From: Squalus acanthias
Lineage: Eukaryota
Assembly (NCBI GenBank): GCA_030390025.1
Contig: CM059432.1
Location: 99,512,001 to 99,576,000 of the forward strand
Length of the DNA stretch: 64,000 nucleotides
Direction: 5' to 3'
In this document: piece by piece, positions 37,590 to 50,720 of the stretch
Layout: every line of letters starts with the position of its first letter
Position numbering within the stretch: the stretch's first letter is position 1
The notes under the pieces: model-generated
The model's input: only the letters and a program-made list of their open reading frames with translations
Databases searched by the model: none
What the model was told of the DNA's origin: nothing
Position numbers and translations under genes: made by a program

Positions 37590-39820
37590 CTACCCTTGTG
37601 ACCATTTGTGTGTTAACTTTCTCTTACGTGTGCTTCTACATGGTGCTTCCCCTATGGTTTCAGCAGATGTTGAGGCACCTTGCTCACTTCCATGCAGCAC
37701 CTGCTTCGACACCTTTGGCAGGCGTCCTCTGGGTTTGGGATCCTGGGAGGGCTCAGCAACAGTCTGCTCCTCCTGTAGCTGTGCAGGGGCTAAGATGGCC
37801 ATTACAGTTGGGTGAGGAATCTGGGGCTCTGAGCAAGGGCTCGGCAGTGGGAGCGCTTGGAGAGGAGCCCACACTTTCTTGTTGTGGACCACCAACATCC
37901 CTCTCATGGGTCACCCGCACTTCACTGCTAGCAAATAGCTGGAGAGCACCTTGCTGCACATGAGGACCCGTCTCTGTACTGACAGTCCTCATAATGGGGA
38001 CGTCCATGTAGCTCTGGTTCCTCTCCTCAATAGATGCCCATCTATCCTCCATAGCAGACCATCTATTTAGAAGAGTCACCATGTTCATTTGCATCTGGCG
38101 ATTTATGTCCTTCATGGAGGTTGCCATCTTTTCCATGGTGGCACCTACATTCGCGATTGAGTGCACCACGGCATTGCTCATGTTTGAGATGGACTCCTCC
38201 ATTCTCTGCACACTCGCAGTTACAGTCACAGAATCACAGAATCACAGAATCCCCACAGTGCAGATAGAGGCCATTTCGGCCCATCGAGCCTGCACCGACA
38301 CATATCCCACCCTATCCCCGTAACCCTATGTATTTAATCCCCCTAACACTAAGGGTCAATTTATCATACCTAATCAACCTAACCCGCACATCTTTGGACT
38401 GTGGGAGGAAACCGGAGCACCCGGAGGAAACCCATGCAGACACGGGGAGAATGTGCAAACTCCACACAGACAGTCACCCGAGGCCAGATTCGAACCCGGG
38501 TCCCTGGCGCTGTGAGCCAACAGTGCTAACCACTATGCCACCGTGTTGCCCACAGTGGTTGCAAACTCTGTCAGAGACTCCTGCACTTGTTCCTGAAGTT
38601 ACAGCACCGCTCTCTTTCTGGATGGCCCCAGAGGAACAGCGCCCACATGCATCTGAGCAGAGCTAGGAGCGTCCCGTACCCTCCGACGAGGACTCTCCAC
38701 TGCTGTTCCTGTCTCCACCATCTGCTGATGCTCACTTGTGAGCTGTGATACACCAGGTGACAATACTAATCCATCTCGCGAATGACCCACCGAGGTGCGC
38801 GTCTCTGCGCTGGTGCTGGGTGCACTCAATTCTGCTGACACTGCGCCCTCAGAGTTTGCAGCTTCCTCTGAGGAGTCTTTTGGCTCTTCCTCCTAGACAG
38901 TGGGGAGGGGGGCTCTCGATGGTCCTGTGGGGGAGTAAAGGCATGAGTTAGACATGTGATATTAACGTAGCAGACACATCCCACTGTGCAGATGATCAGA
39001 ACTCAATCTGTATGATCATCAGATGCCATATCAGTCACTCATGCAATCTAAATGAGAGGGTTGCAAATCTATTCTGTCACCAGCTTGCCCTACTGCGCCC
39101 GTCTCTCCGTCCCCCACTTCCAGCTCCTCAGCACCTCTGACGATGTCAATAGCAGCCTCCTCAGCGGTGGTCAAGTGCGCCATGGAAAGTGGCCCTCCTG
39201 TCCTGCCTCTCTCCCTCTTATTATGGTCTCTCTTTTCCTGCAATGAGAGACACAAGTGGAGTTTGTGTGAGAATGTTGGAGTGAGTGTAGAGAATCCATA
39301 GCATAGATGCTTAGAGGGAGACAAATATGGAGTGAGGTGCCAATACCAAGGGCCCTCCCTGTGCGTTGTTAGTTGTTGTCATTGCATAACAGTGATAGCG
39401 AGTGTGAGGGGTGCCTAGTAGAATAGTGGAGTGATTCTGTACATAGAGAGAGAGGGAAGGTTAATGGTGCAAGGGATGTAAGGGTAAGTTGGGATGTGCA
39501 GGAGTAGGTTGACAATGCAGAGTGCTGCTGATGAGAGGAGATGGGGAGCAGATTGAAGGTAAGTGTGATGTTATACTCACTTTTGCTGAGCGTAGCAGAT
39601 CATTGAACCTTTTGCGGCACTGAACCCAGGTGCGTGCACACAAAGACCTGGCGCTCACCTCCTCAGCAATTTGCAGCCAGGCTGCCTTGGTTTGCTGAGG
39701 AGGCTTCCTCCGTCCATTTGACCGGAACAGAACCTCTTTGCACCCTCTCACCCACTCCACAAGAGCATAGAGGGAGTCATCATCAAATCTTGGAGAGGCC
39801 TTGGCTCATGAAGCAGTCAT
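37590..39820 (-). pseudogene. Three-exon Myb/SANT-like (MSANTD/NAIF1-type) accessory gene; exons about 39820-39581, 39237-39081, 38924-37590
   Basis: SPRFDDDSLYALVE...KAAWLQIAEEVSARSLCARTWVQCRKRFNDLLRSAK|GTGAGT; CAG|EKRDHNKRERGRTGGP...; splice sites conserved in copy B; V-SINE in exon 3. Confidence 0.88.
38227..38551 (-). mobile_element. tRNA-derived V-SINE with (ATTCTGTG)n tail
   Basis: A/B boxes and V domain nearly identical to 5684-5840; TSD ACAGT. Confidence 0.93.
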
Positions 39821-40239
39821 CTCTCTATCTGCCACTCTTAGAAGTATCAGAAAATGAATGAAAAATCACAAGGCTGCATGGGCCCCTTAAATACAGCTGA
39901 ATGGAAGACGTCAGCAGAAGCGAGCAGCAGACCCGAACCCACTGATTGGGCCGGGCAACGCGCACGACGGGCTTAATAAGCCCAGTTAAGGGAAAATAGT
40001 TAATTCAGAGCGGCTGAAACCGGCAGCGGGACTGGAACCCGCTGACCAGCCAACCCAACGCCGATGGTAAAATCACGGCCTGTAACTTTCTTTTCTGATC
40101 AAGTAGATACTTAAATCATTAGGAAACAAATACACAAGCAGTTACATCCTGTGCTGACACAAATCATCTTGTTATCATATTGAATTTTAAATATTTTAGA
40201 TAAATAACACAGAAGTGCACAGCAAGGACATCCTCTTTC

Positions 40240-41885
40240 ATGGGTCTAATGAGAGGGAGGAACTGAATGAAATCAGTATTTGTAGGGAAATGGTGTTAGG
40301 GAAATTGACGGGATTGAAGGCTGATAAATCCCCAGGGCCTGATAATCTACATCCTAGGGTACTTAAGGAAGTGGCCCTAGAAATAGTAGATGCATTGCTG
40401 GTCATCTTCCAAAATTCTATAACTCTGGAACAGTTCCCATGGATTGGAGGGTAGCTAATGTAACCCCACTATTTAAAAAAGGTGGTAGAGAGAAAATGGG
40501 GAATTATAGCCTGACATCGGAGTGGTGAAAATGCTAGAGTCCATTATAAAAGATGTAATAGCAGAGCACTTGGAAAACAGTGACAGGATCGGACAAAGTC
40601 AATATGGATTTACAAAAGGTAAATCATGCTTGACTAATCTACTGGAATTTTTTGAAGATGTAACTGGTAGAATAGATAAGGGAGAACCAGTGGATGTGGT
40701 GTATTTGGACTTCCAGAAGGCTTTCGATAAGGTCCCGCATAAGAGATTAGCATGCAAAGTTAAAGCTCACGGGATTGGGGGTAAGGTACTGTCTTGGATA
40801 GAAAACTGGTTGGCAGACAGGAAGCAAAGAGTTGGAATAAATGGGTCTTTTTCCGAGTGGCAGGCAGTGACTAGTGGGGGACCCCAGTTATTCACAATAT
40901 ATATTAATGATCTAGACGAGGGAACTAGATGTAATATCTCCAAGTTTGCAGATGACACAAAGCTGGGTGGGCGTGTGTGCTGTGAGGAGGATGCAGAGAA
41001 ACTCCAGTATGATTTGGACAGGTTGGGTGATTGGGCAGATGCATGCCAGATGCAGTATAATGTGGATAAATGCGAGGTTATCCACTTTGGTGGCAAAAAC
41101 AGGAAGGCAGATTATTATCTGAACGGCAATAGATTGGGAAAAGGGGAAGTGCAACGAGACCTGGGTGTCCTTGTGCACCAGTTGCTGAAGGTAAGCATGC
41201 AGGTGCAGCAGGCGGTTAAGAAGGCAAATGGTATGTTGGCCTTCATAGCGAGAGGATTCGAGTACAGCAGCAAGGATTGCTTGCTACAGTTGTACAGGGC
41301 CTTGGTGAGACCACACCTTGAGTATTGTGTGCAGTTTTGGTCGCCTTATCTGAGGAAGGATGTTCTTGCCATGGAGAGAGTGCAGCGAAGATTCACCAGA
41401 CTGATACCTGGGATGGCAGGAATGATGTATGAAGAGAGATTGGGTCGATTGGGCTTATATTCGCTAGAGTTTGGAAGAATGAGAGGGGATCTCATTGAAA
41501 CTTATAAAATTCTAACAGGACTAGACAGACTAGATGCAGGAAGGATGTTCCCGATGGTGGGGGAGTCCAGAACCAGGGGTCACAGTCTAAGGATAAGGGG
41601 TCGGCCATTTAGGACTGAGATGAGGAGGAATTTCTTCATCCAGAGAGTGGTGAACCTGTGGAATTCTCTACCACAGAAGACAGTTGAGTCCAATTCATTA
41701 AATATATTCAAGAAGGAGTTAGATATATTTATTAAGGCTAAGGGCATCAAGGGATATGGGGAGAAAGTAGGGACAGGGTACTGAATTTGGATGATCAGCC
41801 ATAATCGTATTGAATGGCGGAACAGGCTCGAGGGGCTGAATGGCCTACTCCTGCTCCTATCTTCTATGTTTCTATGTTTCTATAT
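40240..41885 (+). mobile_element. 5'-truncated CR1 LINE (RT ORF 40522-41784)
   Basis: KADKSPGPD, YLDFQKAFDKVPH, FADDTK, RPHLEYCVQFWSP; (TTTCTATG)n tail. Confidence 0.95.
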
Positions 41886-42376
41886 GAAAAACATGTTTCA
41901 GATATTCCTCGTCAAACTTCCTCTTTAAATGTCAATTTATAATACTTCCCAACTAGGTCTGGATATTGTAACTGATGTCATAAATTAATGCCATCAGAGT
42001 TATTTGAAAGTAGAATTGCTTGCTTGATTGGATTCTGACAGAAATCACCTCCCATGTAGACACAAGGATCTATATGTGGCATCTCATTAACTTTACAGCT
42101 GTGTGGCCCATGAGTAACATTTGAGGCTAAACCCCTGAAAGTCACAAACTATAATAATGTCTGAGAAGCAGGTGTCTACCTCATTAGAACTGGTTAAAAT
42201 CCAGCCTATTCCAACTGCATTATTACATTAGGAAGGCCTTCATTTTCAGTCTTCCAGCAGAAAGTTTGGTAATTTGCTCTATAAATGTACAAATCAGAGG
42301 CATCTTAAGTTGAAATTGAGGATTTATTCTTAAGTTGGAATCTGCATAACAGATGTTGTGCTTTGTCAATATATAT

Positions 42377-42528
42377 GCCGGGAATTTCCTCAGATTTGCT
42401 CCTGCTCTGCCACCATAACTTCGCCGGAAGAGCAGCGGAAACACCATTATGCGTGTAAACTGGGTTTCTCCACGCTTCCAGCGAAGTTGTGGTGGCGGAG
42501 CGGGAGCAGGTCTGAGGAAATTCCTGCA
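42377..42528. repeat. Fold-back MITE or long hairpin with 50-bp arms
   Basis: 42381-42430 pairs with 42475-42524 (6 mismatches). Confidence 0.85.
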
Positions 42529-42999
42529 CTCCTGCTCCACAGAAACATTTTTAAAAATTACTATTTTTTAAAAAACTCTCCTTTTGTTGGCGGCCGCTGA
42601 AGAATCCTGTGAGGGTGGGGGCAGGCCCGACTCCTGCCTTGCTCAGTGAAGACCAATTTCAGCAAGTGGGGCTAAAACAGGCATTAGGCCTCCATTTACG
42701 TAAGGAACATGAAGCATGTTTTAAGCGGCCACCAGGGACGTCTGAAAAATGCCTCGACACAATTTTGGGTCAGACGTTTTTCAGGCATCCTTGGAATGCA
42801 GGACATTGGTCCCTGAAATTGGGTTTCATTGTGCCTGTTTTACATCCAATTTCTACCCCCTAGTTTGAAAACATTTGAGTTGTAAGGAAATGCTGGAGAA
42901 ACGAAGGTTTATCAATCTCAAAAGGAGGCATTGGACAGATAATGCCGATGTGAAGCACAAACTATTTTGAAACCTGGGCCTTATTAACATGCCAGAACA

Positions 43000-45770
43000 A
43001 TCAAGGCTGGGAACTGAATATCCAGGGGTATTCAACATTCAGGAAGGATAGAATAAAAGGAAAAGGGGGTGGGGTAGCATTGCTGGCTAAAAAGGAGATT
43101 AATGCAATAGCTAGGAAGGACATTAGCTTGGAGGATGTGGAATCAATATGGGTTGAGCTGCAGAACACCAAAGGGCAGAAAACGTTAGTGGGGGTTGTGT
43201 ACAGACCTCCAAACAGTAGTAGTGAGGTGGGGGAGGGTATGAAACAGGAAATCAGAGGTGCATGCAAAAAAGGCGCAGCAGTTATCATGGGTGACTTTAA
43301 TATGCATATAGATTGGGCTACTCAAACTGGAAGCAATACGGTGGAGGAGGATTTCCTGGAGTGTTTAAGGGATGGTTTCCTAAACCAATATGTTGAGGAA
43401 CCAACTAGAGGGGAGGCCATCCTGGACTGGGTGTTGTGTAATGAGGAAGGACTAATCAGCAATCTTGTGGTGCGAGGCCCCTTGGGGAAGAGTGACCATA
43501 GTATGGTGGAGTTCTACATTAGAATGGAGAAGGAAACAGTTAATTCAGAGACCATGGTCCAGAACTTAAATAAGGGCAACTTTGAGGGTATGAGGCATGA
43601 ATTGGCGCGGTTAGATTGGCAAGCGATATTTAAGGGGTTATCAGTGGAAGGGCAATGGCAGACATTTAGAGATCGCATGGATGAACTACAGCAATTGTAC
43701 ATCCCTGTCTGGCGTAAAAATAAAAAAGGGAAGGTGGCTCAACCATGGCTAACAAGGGAAATCAGGGATAGTTTTAAAAGCAAGGAAGTGGCATACAAAT
43801 TGGCCAGAAGTAGCAGCAAACCCGGGGACTGGGAGAACTTTAAAACTCAGCAGAGGAGGACGAAGGGTTTGATTAGGGCAGGGAAAATAAAATATGAAAG
43901 GAAGCTTGTGGAGAACATTAAAACGGACTGCAAAAGCTTCTATAAATATGTAAAAAGAAAGAGGTTAGTAAAAACAAACGTAGGTCCCCTGCAGTCAGAA
44001 ACAGGGGAAGTCATAATGGGGAACAAAGAAATGGCAGATCAATTGAACAAGTACTTTGGTTCGGTGTTTACTGTGGAGGACACAAACAACCTTCCGGAAA
44101 TAAAAGAGATCAAAGGATCTGGTAAGAGGGAGGAGCTGAGGGAAATCCTTATCAGTCGGGAAAAGGTGTTGGGGAAATTGATGGGACTGAAGGCTGATAA
44201 ATCCCCAGGGCCTGATGGTCTGCATCCCAGAGTACTTAAGGAGGTGGCCTTGGAAATAGTGGATGCATTGACGATCATTTTCCAACATTCCTTAGACTCT
44301 GGATCAGTTCTGAAGGAGTGGAGGGTGGCTAATGTAACCCCTCTTTTTAAAAAAGGAGGGAGGGAGAAAGCAGCCTGACATCGGTGGTGGGTAAAATGAT
44401 GGAATCAATTATTAAAGATGTCATAACAGACCATTTGGAAAGTGGCGACATGATAGGTCCAAGTCAGCATGGATTTGTGAAAGGGAAATCATGCTTGACA
44501 AATCTTCTGGAATTTTTTGAGGATGTTTCCAATAGGGTGGACGGGGGGGAACCAGTAGATGTGGTGTATTTGGACTTTCAGAAGGCCTTCGACAAGGTCC
44601 CACACAAGAGATTGGTGTGCAAAGTTAAAGCACATGGGATTGGGGGTAATGTGTTGATGTGGATTGAGAACTGGTTGGCACACAGGAAACAAAGAGTAGG
44701 AGTAAATGGGTACTTTTCAGAATGGCAGGCAGTGACCAGCGGGGTACCGCAGGGTTCGGTGCTGGTGCCCCAGCTGTTTACATTATATATTAATGATTTG
44801 GACGAAGGGATTAATTGTAATATCTCCAAATTTGTGGATGACACTAAATTGGGAGGCAGTGTGAACAATGAGGAGAATGCTAGGAGGCTACAGAGTGACT
44901 TGGACAGGTTGGGTGAATGGGCAAATGTACGGCAGATGAAGTACAATGTGGATAAATGTGAGATTATCCACTTTGGTGGTAAAAATAGGGAGGCAGACTA
45001 TTACCTGAATGGTGGCAGATTAGGGAAAGGGGAGGTGCAACGAGACCTGGGCATCATGGTACATCAGTCACTGAAGGTGGGAAGGCAAGTGCAGCAGGCA
45101 GTCAAGAAAGCAAATGGCATGATGGCCTTCATAGCAAGGGGATTTGAGTACAGGAGTAGGGAGGTGATGCTACAGTTGTACAGGGCCTTGGTGAGGCCAC
45201 ACCTGGAGTATTGTGTGCAGTTTTGGTCTCCTAACTTGAGGAAGGACATTCTTGCTATTGAGGGAGTGCAACGAAGGTTCACTAGATTGATTCCGGGGAT
45301 GGCCAGACTGACATATCAAGAAAGACTGGATCAACTGAACTTGTATCCTCTGGAGTTCAGCAGAATGAGGGGGGATCTTATAGAGACGTTTAAAATCCTG
45401 ACTGGTTTAGACAAATTAGATGCGGGCAGAATGTTTCCAATGTTAGGGAAAACTAAAACCAGGGGTCACAGTCTAAGGATAAAGGGGAAGCCATTTAAGA
45501 CTGAGATGAGGAGGAACTTCTTCACCCAGAGAGTGGTGAATCTGTGGAATTCTCTACCACAGAAGGTTGTTGAGGCCAGTTCGCTAAATATATTCAAAAG
45601 GGAGTTAGATATAATACTCACAACTAGGGGGATCAAGGGGTATGGCGAGAAAGCAGGAATGGGGTACTGAGGTAGCATGTTCAGCCATGAACGCATTAAA
45701 TGGCGGTGCAGGCTCGAAGGACCGAATGGTCTACTCCTGCACCTATTTTCTATGTTTCTATGTTTCTATG
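43000..45770 (+). mobile_element. CR1 LINE, near complete ORF2 (APE C-terminal part + RT) with a frameshifting deletion at about 44372
   Basis: ORFs 43080-44378 (YRPP, GDFN, SDH) and 44384-45670 (RT); (TTTCTATG)n tail. Confidence 0.96.
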
Positions 45771-46004
45771 ATTGAAGTGAAAGGAAAGTAAAACATGCAG
45801 GGTGTTAAATGAGTGACAGATCCAGTTCAAATGATCCCCTGGTCTTAGTGAGGTTTCACTATTCTTAACAAAAAATTAAGAAACATAACAAGAATTATGG
45901 AACAATATTGCCGCACAAGGTAAGAAGAAATTAGGAACTTAAATTAGATACAGAAAACTAATATTTACCTGCAGCATAAATGCGGATATATTTTAAATTA
46001 TAAA

Positions 46005-46063
46005 AGGAAAAACTTGCATTTATATAGTGCCTTTCACGACCTCATAACGTCCCAAATTGCTTC
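46005..46063 (-). mobile_element. Deu-SINE 3' tail; the rest resumes at about 48808-48910 after the LINE insertion
   Basis: ACTTGCATTTATATAGTGCCTTTCACGACCTC, continued by AAGTACTTTTGAAG...GGCAGCCAATTTGTGCACAGCAAGCTCCCACAAACAGCA. Confidence 0.75.
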
Positions 46064-48805
46064 ATTTACTTTTTTATTCATTCATGGGAAGTCCAGCATT
46101 TATTGCCCATCCCTAATTGCCCTTGAAGATGGTGGTGAGCCGCCTTCTTTAACTGCTGCAGTCCATGTGGTGAAGGTACTCCCACAGTGCTGTTAGGGAG
46201 GGAGTTCCAGGATTTTGACCCAGCGACGATGAAGGAACTGCGATATACTTATAAGTCAGGATGATGTGTAACTTGGAGAGGAACTTCGAGCTGGTGGTGT
46301 TCCCATGCGCCTGCTGCCTTTGTCCTTCTAGGGGTAGAGGTCACGGGTTTGGGAGGTGCTGCCGAAGAAGCCTTGGTGAGTTGCTGCAGTGCATCTTGTA
46401 GACGGTACACACTGCAGCCACGGTGTGCCGGTGGTGGAGGGAGTGAATGTTTAAGGTGGTGGATGGGGTGCCAGTCATGTGGGCTGCTTTGTCCTGGATG
46501 TTGTCGAGCTTCTTGAGTGTTGTTGGAGATGCACTCATCCAGGCAAGTGGACAGTATTCCATCACACTCCTTACTTGTGCCTTGTAGATGGTGGAAATGC
46601 TTGGGGAGTCAGGAGGTGAGACATTTTCCGCAGAATACCTAGCCTCTGACCTGCTCTTGTAGCCATAGTATTTATGTGGCTGGTCCAGTAAAATTTCTGG
46701 TCAACAGTGACCCCCAGGATGTTGATGGTGGGGGATTCGGCAATGGTAATGCCGCTGAATGTCAAGGGGCAGTGGTTAGATTCTCGCTTGTTGGAGATAG
46801 TTATTGCCTGGCACTTGTGCGGCGCGAATGTTACCTGCCACTTATCAGCCCAAGCCTGAATGTCGCCCAGGTCTTGTTGCATGTGGGCAGGTACTGCTTC
46901 ATTATCTGAGGAGGTGCGAATGGCATTGAACACTGTGCAGTCATCAGCGAACATCACCATTTCTGACCTTTTGTTGGAGGGAAGGTCATTGATGAAGCAG
47001 CTGAAGATGGCTAGGCCTAGGACACTGCGCTGAGGAACTCTTGCAGCGATGTCCTGGGGCTGTGATGATTGACCTTTAATCACCACAACCATCTTCCTTT
47101 GTGCTAGGTATGACACCAGCCAATGAAGCGTTTCCCCCCCGATTCCCAATGACTTCAGTTTTACTAGGGCTCCTTGATGCCAGACTCGGTCAAATGCTGC
47201 CTTGATGTCAAGGGCAGTCACTCTCACCTCACCTCTGGAATTCAACTCCTTTGTTCATGTTTGGACCAAGGCTGTAATGAGGTCTGGAGCCGAGTGGTCC
47301 TGGCACAACCCAAACTGGGCATCAGTGAGCAGGTTATTGGTGAGTAAGTACCGCTTGATAGCACTGTCGATGACACCTTCCATCACTTTGCTGATGATTG
47401 AGAACAGACTGATGGGGCAGTAATTGGCCAGATTGGATTTGTGAACAGGACATACCTGGGCAGTTTTCCAGATTGTCGGATAGATGTCAGTGTTGTAGCT
47501 GTACTGGAATAGCTTGGCTAGAGGCGCGGCTAGTTCTGGAGCACAAGTCTTCAGCACGATAGCCGGGATGTTGTCGGGGCCCATAGCCTTTGCTGTATCC
47601 AGTGCGCTCAGCCGTTTCTTGATATCACGTGGAGTGAATCGAATTGGCTGAAGACTGGCTTCTGTATTGAACCAGGTTTGGTCCCCTGGCTTGATAATGT
47701 TAGAGTGAGGAATATGCCGGGCCATGAGATTACAGATTGTGGTGGAATACAATTGTGCTGCTGCTGATGGCCCACAGCGCCTCATGGATGCCCAGTTTTG
47801 AGCTGCTAGATCTGTTCTGAATTTATCCCATTTAGCACGGTGGTAGTGCCACACAACACGATGGAGGGTGTCCTCAGTGTGAAGACAGGACTTTGTCTCC
47901 ACAATGACTGTGCAGTGGTCACTGCTACCAATGTTGTCCTGGACAGATACATCTGCGACAGGTAGATTGGTGAGGACGAGGTCAAGTAGGTTTTTCCCTC
48001 ATGTTGGTTCTCTCACCACCTGTCGCAGGTCCAGACTGGCAGCTATGTCCTTCAGGACTCAGCCAGTTCAGTCAGTAGTGGTGCTACCGAGCCACTCTTG
48101 GTGATGGACATTGAAGTGCCCCACCCAGAGTACATTCTGTGCCCTTGCTACTCTCAGTGCTTCTTCCAAGTGGTGTTCAACATGGAGGAGTACTGATTCA
48201 TCAGCTGAGGGAGGGCAGTAGGTGGTAATCAGCAGGAGGTTTCCTTGCCCATGCTTGACCTGAAGCCATGGAACTTCATGGGGTCCGGAGTCAATGTTGA
48301 GGACTCCCAGGGCCACTCCTTCCTGACTGTATACCACTGTGGGTATGTCCTATCCCACAGGTATGGTGATGGAGGAGTTTGGGACATTGGCTGAAAGGTA
48401 TGATTCTGTGAGTATGACTAGTCTGTGGGACAGCTCTCCCAATTTTGGCACTAGTCCCCAGATGTTGGTGAGGAGGACTTTGCAGTGGGCTGGGTGTGCC
48501 GTTGTCGTGTCCGTAGCCGGCGCCGAGGTCGATGTGTCGGGTGGTCCATCTGGTTTTATTCTTATTATTGTTTTTTGTAGCGGTTTTTTACAACTGAGTG
48601 GCTTGCTAGGCCATTTCAGAGGGCAGTTAAATGTCAACCACATTGCTGTGGGTCTGGAGTCACATATAGATAGGCCAGAACAGGTAAGAATGGCAGATTT
48701 CTTTCCCTGCAGGAGATCACTGGTTATTACCTCATGTAACAGGACATTAGTGAACCAGATTCTGGATTACTAGTCCAGTAACATAACTACTATGCTACCG
48801 TTCCC
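46064..48805 (-). mobile_element. CR1-group LINE of a second lineage (APE + RT, decayed) with tRNA/SINE-like 5' end
   Basis: LLTNIWGL..ILTESYL, TYCPPS, GHFNVHHQEWLGS, AMGPDNIP, ALDIKAAFDRVWH, MFADDCT; 3' end AAGGGCAATTAGGGATGGGCAATAAATGCTGG. Confidence 0.9.
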
Positions 48806-50250
48806 GATACCCAATAAAGTACTTTTGAAGTCTCATCATTGTTGTAATGTAGGAAGCATGGCAGCCAATTTGTGCACAGCAAGCTCCCACAAACAGCAAT
48901 GAAATAAATGTCCATATCATTTGATCTTGTAAAATATTCCAGCTGTATATAATCAAAGAATGATATTCTCCTCAGCATACCTATTAGGTTTTCTCAAAAA
49001 TCTTGCACAATAAGCTTACATTTCTGCTATATTTTTCTATAAATTGAAAGAAAAATAATCTCAAAATTCCACTTAAAGTGATCATTAATTTCATGTACTA
49101 ATTGAAGTCTGTCACTGAGCTCAACATAACTGTTAGCTTCTTACATCTGTTCCCTATAAATCTGTCAGCAATCTACTGATCCACTATATGAGCACTTCAC
49201 CATGATACTGCCATTACAGAGAGCGGCAGAAGAAGCAGACAGCTGTTGATAAGTTAATCTAAATCAGACACCCACTCTACTTCCAAGAATCCCTTCTGTA
49301 ATTAGAAGAGGGATGTCGCTATATAACTAACAAATTTCAAAGAATGACATCTGATGGAAGTTAAAGGGCAGACAGCTTTATCTTTCTACTAGAAAAATAC
49401 AGGTGTATTCATTGATTTTTTTTTTATTAAGTTCATCTTACACAGCACTCAGAAAGCTGACAGCCTTTGTCCAACCTATCAGGTGCATTTACTAAATTTA
49501 CAGCCTACTTCTATGGTGCATTCACATTCCACAAACTTGGTGTCGGTGTGAAGCTTTGCACCGATGCTAAACTTGGAGTGTAAATTAGATGTGACTTTCC
49601 AAACTGATTCCAAAGTAAAGTGGAATGAGTCTCATTCTGCTTTGTTTCAGTGTCAGGTCAGACGCTGACACTAAAGCCACAGTTGTATTGTAAATGTATC
49701 CATAAAGATGTAAGGACAGTGAAGAATTGCAGATATCTTTTAAAAATACTCATGGTCAGAATAATTTATGCAAGTGAAAGAATACAGCAGATCATGCCTA
49801 AGATTCATGTAAAGGAATCCCATTCACCTAAGTAAAACTTATCTATATATACCAAATATTCTTTCAATCTTAAATGGTACTTTATCCCCCACAATTTTCT
49901 GAAAATTGTACGTTTGTAAAATATAATAGAATCAATTTTGAACTTCCAGAGTGGTAATCCTCTTGCAGTCTTGTAAATGAGACAGTTTTGATAAACAGTA
50001 AATGAGATCAAGCTCCAATAAATTGTTAATATTCGTGTTGTGTGGTTTCACAGAAATGATTTGAGTTCATCATTAACCTTTGCTTCTAATGCCCAATTAT
50101 ACTGGACATTTGGTGTGGATGGGCATGATCTTTTCCATTGCTCTGATGTCAACATGCAGTATGACAATGCTGATTTTGAGATTTCAGCAGTCTGATACTG
50201 GGAGGGGGTGTGGGAGAGGAATTTTAACCCCCAAAAATGGGTGGGAAGTT

Positions 50251-50720
50251 AGGGTAGAAATTAGGTCGCGCCCCATTTGGGGCGCAAATATCGTCCGGAC
50301 GCAAATATTAGCGCCTGGCGCTAATTATCGGCACTGACGGGAAACTTCACTTTTACCGCCCCGGGAGGTGAGTGGAGCGCTAAAGCAGGCGCTGCACACC
50401 TCTCTTAAGGCGCAAAGGCCGAGCAGTGAGGCGCTAACTCGGAGCGCTGGCGAAGCTCATGTAATGTCAGTCAGCAATGGAACACACACACAATGGCACG
50501 GGCCAGTTCTTAAAGGGGATGGTTAATCTTGCTTTCCATCCACATCCTGTTCATTGCTGCCTTGAATCTCGGCCTGGAGAGACTTGCACATCAAATGTGC
50601 TGGAAAGAAAAATGGAGAGCACCAGGCAAAGAGCTCAGAGTGCAGCTCCCACGGTCTCTGCTAAATCGATACAAGGAATGGCAAATCAAAATGAACCTGC
50701 AAAGTGCTGCTCAGTACCCC
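50251..50720. mobile_element. Truncated MITE (same family as 24835-25727, opposite orientation) nested in another TIR element (about 50215-51320)
   Basis: Reverse-complement match to 25260-25727. Confidence 0.8.

Larger units (their letters stand above)
35623..40080 (+). mobile_element. Full-length PIF/Harbinger transposon, copy A (4.46 kb)
   Basis: TIRs GGCTGCGACTTTGCC / GGTAAAATCACGGCC; TSD TGT; convergent transposase and Myb/SANT-like genes. Confidence 0.95.

Noticed and set aside
49805..50011. Possible minus-strand host exon with GTGAAT donor at about 49827
   Set aside because: No recognisable protein similarity; AT-rich; other frames closed
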